Below are positions 12,539 to 24,363 of a stretch of DNA of 64,000 bases, in pieces. The notes below the pieces were generated by a model. That model saw only the letters and a list, made by a program, of their open reading frames with translations. It was not told where the DNA came from and ran no database searches. The stretch comes from Octopus bimaculoides (taxonomy: Eukaryota): positions 71,569,505 to 71,633,504 of the forward strand of contig NC_068982.1 in the NCBI RefSeq assembly GCF_001194135.2, written 5' to 3'. Positions within the stretch are counted from its first letter, which is position 1; each line of letters starts with the position of its first letter. The position numbers were made by a program, and so were the translations under genes.

Positions 12539-13426
12539 AGAATTCATTTGACAAAGGGTTGGTACAGCTACCGCTAAAAGATGTTAACTCTCTCTGCACT
12601 GGAGATGTAACGTGTCGATCATATGCAAATCAGTTTTCACAACCTCTTTTTATTGGTCAGTCAAATAAAATGTGTCCTCCTACATCATATGAAATGTGAC
12701 AAGTTTTTCTGGAAAGAAACCCAGTATGAAAAATGAATTAACTTGGTTCCTGTATCTCAAATGCTCAGAACTGAGTATTCTTGGTTTCCACACAGTTAGT
12801 TCACCATAAGGAAATGGATAATTTCAGTTGCAGAAATGTATCTTTTTGTCTTTTACTTGTTTCAGTCATGAGACGGTAGGCATGCTGGGATACCACCCTG
12901 AAGAACTTTCAGTTGAGTGAATTGGCCCCAATATTTTTTTTGTTTTTAAGCTTAGTACTTATTCAATCAGTCTCTTTTGCTGAACCATTAGGTTACAGGG
13001 ACGTAAACGCACCAACAGTAGTTGTCAAGCAGTGGAGTGGGGACAAACAGACATAAACACACATGTGTGCACACATACACACACAACAGGCTTCTTTCTG
13101 TTTCTGTCCAAGTACATTCACAAGGCTTTGGTCAGCCCAAGGCGAGTAGAAGACACTTGTCCAAGGTGCCATGCGGTAGGACTGAACCCAGAATCATGTA
13201 GCTGGAAAGTTTTATGTTCCTGTAAACTAGTGGTTCAGCAAAAAAGACTGATAGAATAAGTACCAGGCTTAAAAACAAAAAAAATATTGGGGCCAATTCA
13301 TTCAATTAAAATTTCTTCTGGGTGTGTCCCAGCATGGCTGCACTCACAACTGAAATTATCTATATTTCCTTGTGGTTAACTTTTACTGTGTGGAAACTGA
13401 GAATTTTAGCCACGTACCTAGTCTGA

Positions 13427-13690
13427 AGGCACATGGCTCAGTGGTTAGAGCGTCAGGCTTACAATCATGAGATAGTGAGTTAGGGTTAGGGTCAGGTGTG
13501 TTGTGTTCTTGAGCAAGTTACTTTATTTCACATTGCCCCAGTTCACTCAGGTATAGAAATGACTGGTGCCAAGCTGTATCGGCCTTTACCTTTTCTGTAG
13601 ACAACAATCGGTTGTGTGGAGAGGGCAGGCTGATATGCATGGGTGACTGCATAACAACTTTCTAGGTGCAATCCCATGGTCATTTAACTT
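13427..13690 (+). mobile_element. tRNA-derived SINE (E-type head, F-type body)
   Basis: aggcacatggctcagtggttagagcg head; the body ggtgccaagctgtatcggcctttacc...ctaggtgcaatcccatggtc matches the reverse complement of 29990-30262. Confidence 0.7.
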
Positions 13691-14209
13691 TCTCCTGAAA
13701 ATGCTAATGATGACTGTGGAGGTGGTGCTGTTGCATTACCTTTTTGCCTGAGTGTGTCATAAAAAAAAAAAACATTCTAAAGAGCTATACACTCAAAAGG
13801 TCATGATCATGATGCCATGTCCTCTGAAACAAGATTTGTTGCATTTATTTTGTCTGTCTATCTAGTTGAATGCAGGTACCACTCCCATTTCACAGGTGAG
13901 TGGTTGGTATTAGAAAGAGCATTCGTATATAAAAGAGAAAAAAGAAAACCATGCTCCAATAATTCTTGTGAAAATTTTCCAGTTTTTTTTTGGAAAAAAC
14001 CAGTCTATTTTCTTTTGTATTGTTTTAGTTGAACGAATCAATCCTAGGACTTATTTCTTTAGCCAAACTATTAAGTTATGGAGACATAAACGCAACAAAG
14101 ACGCACACACGCACACAGATATATACATATAGATTTATATGACAGGCTTGTCTCAGTTTCTGCCTACCAAATCTACAGAAGGCTTTGATCAGCCCGCTGC
14201 TATACTCTC

Positions 14210-14435
14210 TTTCTCTTACTCTTTCACTTGTTTCAGTCATTTGACTGTGGCCATGCTGGAGCACCGCCTTTAGTCTAGCAAATCGACCCCAGGACTTATT
14301 CTTTGGAAGCCTAGTACTTATTCTATCGGTCTCTTTTGCCGAACCGCTAAGTTACGGAAACGTAAACACACCAGCATCGGTTGTCAAGCGATGTTGGGGG
14401 GACAAACATATACACACACATACACACACACACAT

Positions 14436-14494
<59 letters not shown>

Positions 14495-14670
14495 TGACTG
14501 GCTTCTTTCAGTTTCTGTCTACCAAATCCACTCACAAGGCTTTGGTCAGCACGAGGCTATAGTAGAAGACACTAGCCCAAGGGACTGAACCCAGAACCAT
14601 GTGGTTCACTCAAATTGCCATGCTGTAGGACAACCTGGAAGCAAGCTTCTTACCACACAGCCATGCCTTC
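14210..14670 (-). mobile_element. Full-length SINE family A, young
   Basis: Near-identical to 3665-4074; long central CA/TA microsatellite. Confidence 0.85.
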
Positions 14671-14677
14671 ACTTGTA

Positions 14678-15142
14678 TCATCATCGTCGTTTAACGTCCG
14701 ATTTCCATGCTAGCATGGGTTGGACGATTTGACTGAGGACTGGTGAAACCGGATGGCAACACCAGGCTCCAATCTAATTTGGCAGAGTTTCTACAGATGG
14801 ATGCCCTTCCTAACGCCAACCACTCAGAGAGTGTGGTGGGTGCTTTTACGTGTCACCCGCACGAAAACGGCCACGCTCGAAATGGTGTCTTTTATGTGCC
14901 ACCCGCACAAGCCAGTCCAGGGGCACTGGCAATGATCTCACTCGAAAATCCTACGGGAGCCAGTCAGGCGGTACTGGCAACGGCCACGCTCAAAATGGTG
15001 CATCTCATGTGCCACCCGCACAAGAGCCAGTCCAGGGGCACTGGCAACGATCTTACTTGGCTTGCCGGGTCTTCTCACGCACAGCACATTTCCAAAGGTC
15101 TCAGTCAGTAGTCATCGCCTCGGTGAGGCCCAATGTACGAAG
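14678..15142 (-). mobile_element. 5'-truncated RTE LINE 3' end with complete 3' UTR including a ~113 bp internal tandem duplication
   Basis: Matches both sides of the 4553-4855 gap; acggccacgctc recurs at 14867 and 14980; minus strand encodes LRTLGLTEAMTTD*DLWKCAVREKTRQAK. Confidence 0.88.
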
Positions 15143-15235
15143 GTATGGAAAAGAAAATGTAAAGGAGATTTTAAAACGGCTTTAACAAGTTTGTTTTGTC
15201 TTTAAAGTTGGTGTTTTGGTTCGTTTTCAACAGAC

Positions 15236-15600
15236 ACTGGTGTGGCTATGTGATTGAGAAGTTTGCTCCCCAGTCACATGGTTTTAAAACACAGCAGGCA
15301 CCAAAGCCTTATGAGTGGATTTAGAAATAGGAAACTGAAAGATGCCTGTCATGTATGTATATATATGTGTGTGTGTCTTTGTATTTGTTTCCCCCACCAC
15401 CACCACCATTACTTGACAACCATTGTTAGTGTGTTTGCACCCCTGTAACATAGTGGTTCGGCAAAAGAGACCCATAGAATAAGTACTAGGCTTGCTTACA
15501 AAGAATAAGTCCTGGGGTCAATTTCTTTGACTAAAGCACCCTTTAAGGCAGTGCTCCAGCATGGCCGCAGTTCAATTACTGAAACAAGTAAAAGAGCAAA
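15236..15600 (+). mobile_element. SINE family A, diverged
   Basis: gtgtggctatgtgattgagaagtttgc head through gctccagcatggccgcagttcaattactgaaacaagtaaaagag tail. Confidence 0.8.
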
Positions 15601-16879
15601 AGAATAGTGTGTATATTATCTGTTCCTGAAAATCAAAGAATTTGCTAACCCTTTTGAAAAGAGGATTTTTTAAAAAATTCTATAAATTCATTATAGTGTT
15701 ATTTTTATTGCAAAATCTAACCACCCATCCATCCACTTCTTTTAACCTCAAACCTTGAGGGGGCCACCTGAAAATCTCATCTCTACTATGTACCTCTTTG
15801 CAGCTCCTAATGATTCATTCTCTCCCTCTTTTAGTAAATATGAGTAGCCACCTAGCTCCTCAATTAGAAGCTGCTTCGTCTCCTCCACTGTTTCATACTT
15901 TTAATCCATCATCCCCTATCATAAAACCAACCCTTCCCTCCCGCTTCGTAGTCTTGCAAGCTGCATGGCGACCTCTCTAGTACCAGTGGAATAAAAAAAA
16001 AAATGCACCCAGTACACATTGTAATGTGGTTGGTGTTACGGAGGGAAGCAGACCCTAAAGTATGATGCAGTTGTTGGACCTATTTGATCCTGTCAAACTC
16101 TGCAACCCATACCAGCATAAAACCTGGACGTTTAATAATGATGAGGAGGACAATGGTGATGATGATGAAAACATGGTATCTAATTCAGTTGTACAAGAGG
16201 GTGCTTAAACATACTTATAGATGGATATCATTTTTTTTACTCCTTCTATTAATGAATTATAACTCTGGTACTTTGGAAAATTTGAATATTTTAGTTTTCC
16301 ACTGTAAAATTAAGCTTTCTGTGTAGAGCTTCTAAGATGGTCAGCTCACTTTTAGCGTTAAATTTAACTTAAAGGGATGTTGATCCAACCATTTTATGCA
16401 GATATGGATGTGAACCAAAATGTTGATGATGATNNNNNNNNNNNNNNNNNNNNNNNNNNNNNNNNNNNNNNNNNNNNNNNNNNNNNNNNNNNNNNNNNNN
16501 NNNNNNNNNNNNNNNNNNNNNNNNNNNNNNNNNNNNNNNNNNNNNNNNNNNNNNNNNNNNNNNNNNNNNNNNNNNNNNNNNNNNNNNNNNNNNNNNNNNN
16601 NNNNNNNNNNNNNNNNNNNNNNNNNNNNNNNNNNNNNNNNNNNNNNNNNNNNNNNNNNNNNNNNNNNNNNNNNNNNNNNNNNNNNNNNNNNNNNNNNNNN
16701 NNNNNNNNNNNNNNNNNNNNNNNNNNNNNNNNNNNNNNNNNNNNNNNNNNNNNNNNNNNNNNNNNNNNNNNNNNNTCCTCATTACCTTTCATCTTTTCAG
16801 CATCAATAAAATAACGTATCAGTTAACTACTAGATGTAATTGACAAGGCCCCACCTCTCTTCACCTGAATTGATAGCCT

Positions 16880-17186
16880 TGTACCTACATTTGTTTGTTT
16901 ATTCCTTCTTGAGCCATGCCTGGCTCATAAGGGCCGGTTTCATTGGTGTATAGGTTCTCCACCTGGACGGGACGTCGTTGCAGGTGAGCTGCTAGATGCA
17001 GGCGGAAAGAGTGAGAGAAAGTTGTGGCGAAAGAGTCAGCAGAAGTTCGCCATTACCTTCTGCTGGAGCCACATGGAGCTTAGGTGTTTTGCTCATAAAC
17101 ACACACATTGCCTGGTCTTAAGATTCGAACCTGCGATCCCTCAACCACGAGTCTGCTGCTCTAACCACTAGGCCATGTGCCTCCGC
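16880..17186 (-). mobile_element. Chimeric SINE: D-type tRNA head and 5' body, E-type 3' end
   Basis: Reverse complement head gcggaggcacatggcctagtggttagagcagcagactcgtgg...ggttcgaatc; body gagtgagagaaagttgtggcgaaagag as in family D; 3' part ccacctggacggg and ctcataagggccgg as in family E. Confidence 0.75.
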
Positions 17187-17224
17187 TATACCTACATTAC
17201 AAGCCATTAATTATTATTTGTAGT

Positions 17225-18030
17225 AGTGAACTGACAGAATCATCAGCACATTGGATAACTGCTTAGCAGCATTTCTTCTGCATCTTCATTTCCCAAGTTC
17301 AAATACCATGAAGTCAACACTGCCTTTCATCCTTTGTGGATCAAAAGAGTAATTTACCACTCAACTGACCAACTACTCACTCCCATTAAAATTGTTGACC
17401 TTGTGCTTAAATAAGAAATAATAATTATTACTATTCTTATTAAAGTGAGCTAGCAGAATCATTAGCATGCTGGGCAAAATGCTTAGTGGCATTTCATCTT
17501 TCTTTGTTATAAGTTCAAATTCTGCCGAGGTCAACTTTGCACGTCCTCATTTTGGGGGTCAATAAAATAAGTACCAGTTTAATACTGGGTCAATGTAATC
17601 AACCTACCTCCTCTCTCAAATTTGCTGCCCTTGTGCCAAAATTTGAAGCCATTATTATTATTATTAAGGTGAGCTTGCTTTGTAACATTTCGTCCATCCT
17701 TAAGTTCTTGAGTTCAAATTCCGCCTCAGTTGACTTTGCCTTTCATCCTTTTGGGTGGGGTCAATGATATAAATACCAGTTGCATACTGGGTCGATATAA
17801 TCAACTAGTCCCCTCCTTCCAAATTTCATGTCTAGTAGAAAGGATTATTATTATTATTATTAAGGTTCTCTGGCAGAAGTGTTAGCACGCCAGGCAAAAA
17901 TGCTCAGCGGTATTTCATCAATCTAACATACCCTTAAGTTAAAATTCTGATGAAGTCAACTTTGCCTTTCATCTTTTCATGGTCAATAAAATAACATACC
18001 TGTCAACTACTGGAGGCTGGGGTGTCAACG
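17225..18030 (+). repeat. Head-to-tail array of four SINE family C copies
   Basis: Repeated (gtg)agctggcagaatc...gttcaaat...tcaactttgcctttcatcc...ccttgtgc units separated by (ATT)n. Confidence 0.85.
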
Positions 18031-19917
18031 CTATTGATTGACTCTGTACACTGAAATGTTTGACTTTACAGCAGAAGCAGAACATTGGACTTGATGTCCT
18101 GCTGGTTTTTTAAAGTCTGTCCATCTGTTTCAGACTCAGATCAAGCCAGATTGATTTGATAAATACCAAACAATATCGTTAAAATCAATCCATTGCAGGA
18201 AATCATTGTTGCTTTTTTTTCTTTTTTCTTTTCAGTCTTTATACCATTACAATAAAAATATAATATATGATAAACCTTGGATCAGGCTTTCAAATCACAT
18301 CTGTTACATTTCTTTCTCTTTTTTTTTTTTAAGATAACTTAAAAGGTTGTTGAACGATTTTATCCATTTAATAAAAGTGTTGGCCATTCTTTTGAAATAC
18401 TAAAGCTTTATTCTTTTTTCTCTTCAGTCTGTCAAGTCTTTGATCTAATTTGTACTAATATTTCACTGTGTAATAATCAATAAACAGCTCTTATTATTGC
18501 CAGTCATCTTTGTTGTTGTTGCTTCTGAAAAGGAAATTGATAAAAGCTGCCATCTTTAAAATGTCTTCTTGTATCTGTTTTAAAGGCGAAACATATATTC
18601 TCCAATTTATATTTTATACCTACCTTTTTCTCTCCAAATATTTTGGGATTTGGGGGATGGGAAGGGGGGGGGGTCTGTGAAAATAACAGCAAATGCATGC
18701 AAGTGCTGTATGCTTCATCTCTAATTGAGTGTTAAATCTTGACACAAAATTTTTCCCCCTTTCATAGTCAAACTTGATATCAACTTTGCCCTGTCTATAA
18801 GTTTTTTTCAGTTAAAGTCAAATATTAAATAGTGCAGCTTACGAATAAATACAATATTTCTACATCTATGATAGTTAGATTGAAATTCTACTCTTTTACT
18901 CTTTTACTTGTTTCAGTCATTTGACTGGCCATGCTGGAGCACCGCCTTCTACATCATTGTTTGTACTTCGTAAACTACAAGATAGTGCACGTCCGTTTGT
19001 GTCAGACTCTCCCTCTTTCCCTCATACTAAGCTGACTTAGGTGACAGCAGGTTATTAGAAGTGGGTTATTTAAAGGCTATAGTCATTAGGGATAAGTGGG
19101 TTTTAAGTGGACATAGTTAAAAAGGATCAAATAACTACAGAAATTATATGAAATACAACAGTGATTGAGGCAAAAGTAAAACTAGAATATTTTCAATATA
19201 GTCATTTTCATCATCATCATCATCATCATCATCATCTCGCATCCACTTTCCATACTGACATGAGTTGGACAGTTTGACAGGATCTGGCTAGCCATGAGGC
19301 TGTGTTGAGCTCCAATGTCAGCTTTGGCAGGGTTCCTATGGTTGGATGCCCTTCTTAACACCAACCACTTTACAGAGTGTACTGTCTTTTTTTTTTTTTC
19401 TTTTCTCATTCCAACAACACTGGTGAGGTTGCCAGGGAGACGAAAAGGAAAAAAGCTCTCACTACTAACTTAGGAGTATGTCAGAGGGGAAGGTGGCTTT
19501 ATGGTTAATGTTGAAAAGCTAAAGTAAGATAGAGGGATAAGCACAGATGTCTTGCTGTAAAGGAGATACTTAGCCACTCCATGAGTATATGAAGAGGTAG
19601 GTGGGAGTAATTGAGGAGATAAAGGAAAGCAGTGATGGACTGCCAGGTCAAACTCTGGAGGTGCAAGAAAGTGAGCATAAGAGAGGATACAGACAGTGGG
19701 TTATGAGAAGGGTGGGAAGAATTAGGTGCTTTCATGGTGTGAGGGGGGGATTGCAGGTAGTGAAAGATGGGGGTGGAGATACAGTAGAGGGAAATGCTAG
19801 TATGTAGAGGTGTAAGATGAGAGATATAGGAGTAGTTCTGGGAAGAGAATATACGAGAAAGTAGCAGAATGATGTGCAAGGTGCTGGAACTATGGAATGG
19901 GAGATATTGAAGTACAT

Positions 19918-20129
19918 TAGGGGGTACTGAAAATTTCCTGGCTTTAAGGGTATCAGGAAAGTCCTGCTTGGAGACCCAACCTTCCGAGTTCTTTTACAGG
20001 GCATAGAAAAACTGAACTACAATAAGTGTATGAATCTGGGAGGAGAATATGTTCAATAAAATCATAATTAACTGATCCCTCTATATTTCCTTTTACCCAA
20101 AGCCAGGAACTTTTCAGTACCCCCTTGTA
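19918..20129. mobile_element. Tc1/mariner-type MITE
   Basis: TIRs gggggtactgaaaatttcctggcttt (from 19920) and aaagccaggaacttttcagtaccccc (to 20124); TA at both ends. Confidence 0.8.
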
Positions 20130-20233
20130 AGTAGAGTATGATGGTAGAAATGAGAGGTAATGCATGATTAATTCAAAACAATGTGAATAAATAAGCATTA
20201 TATTTGACAGTAGTTATGTATGCCAAAGGATTA

Positions 20234-20396
20234 CCGTATCTTAACATGTATAAGGAACCCTTCTTTGTCAAAAATTAGGTTAAAAAAAATATAGGAGTTT
20301 CTTATATATGGATAGTATTATAATCCCTTACAAAACCTTTTTTCCAAATTTTAAACCCCCAAAATTAGGGGGTTCCTTATACATGTTAAAATACAG
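20234..20396. mobile_element. Tc1/mariner (pogo/Tc2-like) MITE, 163 bp
   Basis: TA-ccgtatcttaacatgtataaggaaccc ... gggttccttatacatgttaaaatacag-TA; 27 bp TIR with 2 mismatches. Confidence 0.88.
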
Positions 20397-20404
20397 TACT
20401 TTCA

Positions 20405-20593
20405 TATTTTTGCAACATCTGTTTTCATGCTCTAAATTCAAATTCCGTCGAGGTCAACTTTGCCCCTCTACTCTTTCATGGTTGATAAAATAAGTACCAG
20501 TTGAGCATTGGGGTCAATGTAATCAACATACCCACTCCCTGTAAAATTGCTGGCCTTGTGCCTAAATTTGAAATCATCATCATTATTATTAAT
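20405..20593 (+). mobile_element. SINE family C copy directly upstream of the Axin acceptor
   Basis: ttcaaattccgtcgaggtcaactttgcc...ggccttgtgcctaaatttgaaatcatcatcattattatt ends about 25 bp before the AG at 20616-20617. Confidence 0.8.
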
Positions 20594-20617
20594 ATTTTTG
20601 TTTTGTTTTGTTTTTAG

Positions 20618-20764
20618 CTATGGCAATTATGTTGATAGGAACCAATCAACCAATTACCCACAGCATATTTCCTATGCTCCTGTGTCTGCCCAGGACAGTG
20701 AGCTGCACAGTCTATCCAGTGAAGCAACTAATGATGATACCGTATCAATGACCGATAGCAGTCT
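20618..20764 (+). CDS. Axin: Axin internal exon (147 nt, phase 2-2): YGNYVDRNQSTNYPQHISYAPVSAQDSELHSLSSEATNDDTVSMTDSS(L)
   Basis: Acceptor ttttgtttttag, donor ct|gtaagt; resembles the vertebrate Axin APATSANDSE...SMTDSSV segment; CT+T joins in frame to the DGIP exon. Confidence 0.93.
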
Positions 20765-21529
20765 GTAAGTATTGCTTTGACTTCTCTCACTATCTTTTGT
20801 GGTTTCTCTGTGCTGAGTCCTTTCATCATTTTTAACACCCACTTTTCCACACTTGCATGGGTTGGATGAGGTTTGTTGAGGCAGATTTTTCTTTTGGCCA
20901 GGATGCCTTCCTGTCACCAACCCTCACATGTTTCCAAGCAAGGTAATATTGCCCCATGACCAGTCATGCATGCCTTGGGGGATAGGCAACAAAGGACACT
21001 ACTTGCACGATGGTGATGCTCATTTACTACTAGCATGTAAGGCCACACACACACACACACACACATATAATAAGCGTCTTTTAGTTTCTGTCTACCAAAT
21101 CCATTCACAAGGCTTCAGTTGTCCTAGGGTTACAGAAGACACTTGCCCAAGGTTCCATGCAATGGGACTGAACTTGAAACCATGTGGTTGGGAAGCCAAA
21201 CTTCTTATCATACAGCCCTTCCCCACCTGCTCCTTTTTGAGTGCTTAGCTCTATATAATATCCAGTCAAGTTGCTATAAAATCTATGAAGATAACTTGGA
21301 ATTGGCAGCTTAGAACTGACAAAATATGTTGTTACAAACTTGCATCAATTTTGTTTCACTTGACAGTTCTTAATTTGTTATTTGTACATATCCAGTGACC
21401 TTAGTGTGCAAACAGAAACTGTATATATTATGTATACCACAAACCACTACTACCCCTCACACACACACACACACAATGAATTTTTAAATATAGGTGTCTG
21501 GTGCATTCCTTTTGTGGGAGTATGTAACA

Positions 21530-21870
21530 TCATTATTATCATCGTCGTTTAACATCCACTTTCCATGCTAGCATGGGTTGAACGATTTGACTGAGGACTG
21601 GTGAAACCAGATGGCTACACCAGGCTCCAATCTGATTTGGCAGAGTTTCTACAGCTGGATGCCCTTCCTAACACCAACCACTCTTAGAGTGTAGTGGGTG
21701 CTTTTACGTGCCACCGGCACGAAGGCCAGTCAGGAGGTACTGGCAACGGCCACGTTCGAAATGGTGTATTTTAAGTGCCACCTGCACAGGGGCCAGTCCA
21801 GTACTGGCAACGAACTCGCTCGAATGTCTCTTCACATGCCACTGGTACAAGTGCCAGGAAGGCGACGAAA
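21530..21870 (-). mobile_element. Older RTE-type 3' UTR fragment
   Basis: gtttaacatccactttccatgctagcatgggttgaacgatttgactgaggactgg..., homologous to 14678-15142. Confidence 0.8.
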
Positions 21871-21884
21871 AGTACAAACAGAAC

Positions 21885-22120
21885 TCAAATAGCTCTGGTG
21901 TGCCCCAAGGTTTGATTATGGCCCTCCATCGCATTCCTTCTGTACATCAGCAACCTATTTGCCATTATCTTCAACAATGCCACCTCCTACTCTGATGAGA
22001 TCATCATTTGCTCTTAACTTTCTGCACCTGATCATTGCTTGCATGCAGCCTAGACACCTCACAACAAACCTTTTGTTATCCACATAAACAGAGACTTTGA
22101 AAAATCTATCAGTGTTGTCG
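21885..22120 (+). mobile_element. Degenerate non-LTR reverse transcriptase fragment (CR1/L2 group)
   Basis: SGVPQG at 21894, then (frameshifted) FLLYISNLFAIIFNNATSYSDE, corresponding to the GVPQGS..LF.LYINDL...YADD motifs. Confidence 0.7.
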
Positions 22121-22236
22121 TCTTCAACAACAGAAGTCATCATCACTGCCATCATTATTTAACATTCACTTTTCCATGCTTGCATGGGTCAGACCAAGAA
22201 CAAACAACATTGCTTGTATGACAGTGGTACTCATTT

Positions 22237-22272
<36 letters not shown>

Positions 22273-22502
22273 TCTTATATATAGTCTGATGATGACTTAG
22301 CTGGCCAAAATTTCAAAGACCCTGTTAAAAATATTCTTGTATAAAAATAATAAAATTGTACTCTACAAAAGTATAGATTAACCCATCAGATTAATGTAAA
22401 ATTATTTTTATTATAACTGAACATAACAAATTATATATATATATATATATATTTTAATCAAATGATCTAACTCTTAAATTATGAATAAAAGTGATGAAAC
22501 TT

Positions 22503-22552
22503 CCATGCTAGCATGGAAAGCGGACGTTAAACGACGATGATGATGATGATGA

Positions 22553-22556
<4 letters not shown>
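22503..22556 (+). mobile_element. Extremely short RTE 3' terminal insertion (about 30 bp plus (GAT)n tail)
   Basis: ccatgctagcatggaaagcggacgttaaacgacgatgatgat is the reverse complement of the termini at 2166 and 4357. Confidence 0.8.
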
Positions 22557-22600
<44 letters not shown>

Positions 22601-23351
22601 GATGGACTTGCAGTTGCTATTTACAAAATTTGTTTACAAAGCTTTAGTTACCCTGGATGCCACACAGTGTGATTGAACCCAAGATCACATGGTTAGGAAG
22701 TAACACCTTGTGCCATCTCCTTGTTTAGGCTCTTTTTTCACTTCTGTTGCTGCTGCAGCTACAACTGCCATCACCACCATTATTGTGACTTTTTTGTTCC
22801 TTGAAGCTGGCTGGTCATGTGCCGCCTTCACCTAGCCTACCTGACTTGCCTCTTCTCTTCTCATCACCTACACTCTATTTGTTGTTACCTTTGGCTCTCT
22901 ATGCAGGACTTGGAATGACTAGCAGTCAGTAACACTGACAGATAGCTGAAGTTTCATCACTTTTATTCATAATTTAAGAGTTAGATCATTTGATTAAAAA
23001 AAAAAAAAACATTTTGGAGAATAACATGGAATTATCCAAGGTAATGTCAGTTCTATAAGTTTAGGATGTAGACCAGTTTCATCTGGTTTGGTTTTTAAGC
23101 AGGTAGAAATAACTGAAAGAGTAGTTGGATATAACAAATAAAAGCACATACCAGATATAATCTAGTTTTGACTTGTTTTCTAATATGATTTATTCCAACA
23201 TTCAACTTTGCTGAACTCCTTGAACAGTTTTTGGAAGGAAAGTGGAATAAGGGATAATTCATTACAGGTTCCTTACTTGAGGATGGGGTGGGGGGGCATT
23301 GGCTAAAACTGAAAGAATAAAGACTCACTCCAAAGTTCTGTGTAAGATCTA

Positions 23352-23508
23352 TCATTTTAATGTGTATAAGGAACACTTTTTTGTCAAAAATTAGGTTTAA
23401 AAAATATGGGACTCTCTTAAACATGGATAATGTTATAATCCTTTACATCTTTTTTCCAAATTTTAAGCCCCCAAAATTAAGGGGTTCCTTATCCATGTTA
23501 AAATACGG
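23352..23508. mobile_element. Second copy of the 20234-20396 MITE
   Basis: tgtataaggaacac...ttgtcaaaaattagg...ccccaaaattaaggggttccttatccatgttaaaatacgg. Confidence 0.8.
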
Positions 23509-24363
23509 TCATTCAGGACCAGAGCTGTTACATTTGTTAGTTAAATATTCCTAATTTATTATTCTTAAATGTGAAATAGTGCTGGACTCTCTGAAGTTAA
23601 NNNNNNNNNNNNNNNNNNNNNNNNNNNNNNNNNNNNNNNNNNNNNNNNNNNNNNNNNNNNNNNNNNNNNNNNNNNNNNNNNNNNNNNNNNNNNNNNNNNN
23701 NNNNNNNNNNNNNNNNNNNNNNNNNNNNNNNNNNNNNNNNNNNNNNNNNNNNNNNNNNNNNNNNNNNNNNNNNNNNNNNNNNNNNNNNNNNNNNNNNNNN
23801 NNNNNNGAAACATCTTGTAACTTCATTGTATGAAATAGTTCATGAAAAACCTTTTAAAATAATCTTACCTACCTACCCTATCCAGATTTCTGTCTCTATT
23901 CTCTGTGAGATTCATTTTCGTGTACCTTGTGAGTAAGCCCTGACCCTTTGTCACCATCATCTTTATCTCTCCAGCTATTCCCATCAACCCTTATGTAATG
24001 CAGGAAGACACCCGTTCTTTTCCTATCATACTTTAGCCTCTCATCATCTGGCATAAGGCCACCTCCCTCTCTATTATGACCCACTCAGTCAAGAGTCTTT
24101 TTTTTTTTTTTGTCTTGTGAGTTACTTGGTGACTTCACTAATACCAGTGCCACGGAAAAAGCACCCAACTGCTCTCTGTAAAGAGGCTGGCATTAGGAAG
24201 GCCATTATGTTATGCAATTATGTTAGCAGACATTGGAGCTCAACACAGTCCTCTGAATTTTCAGATCCTTTCAAACCACCCAACTGATGCCAGCATGGAA
24301 GACTGACATAAAATGATAATAATAATGATGATGAATGACATATAAAATTAGTCTGCTTGTACT

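Noticed and set aside
19500-19900. 124 aa minus-strand ORF and purine-rich tract
   Set aside because: Related degenerate sequence at about 23890-24100 and 27850-28060 indicates the 5' part of an old interspersed repeat, not a gene.
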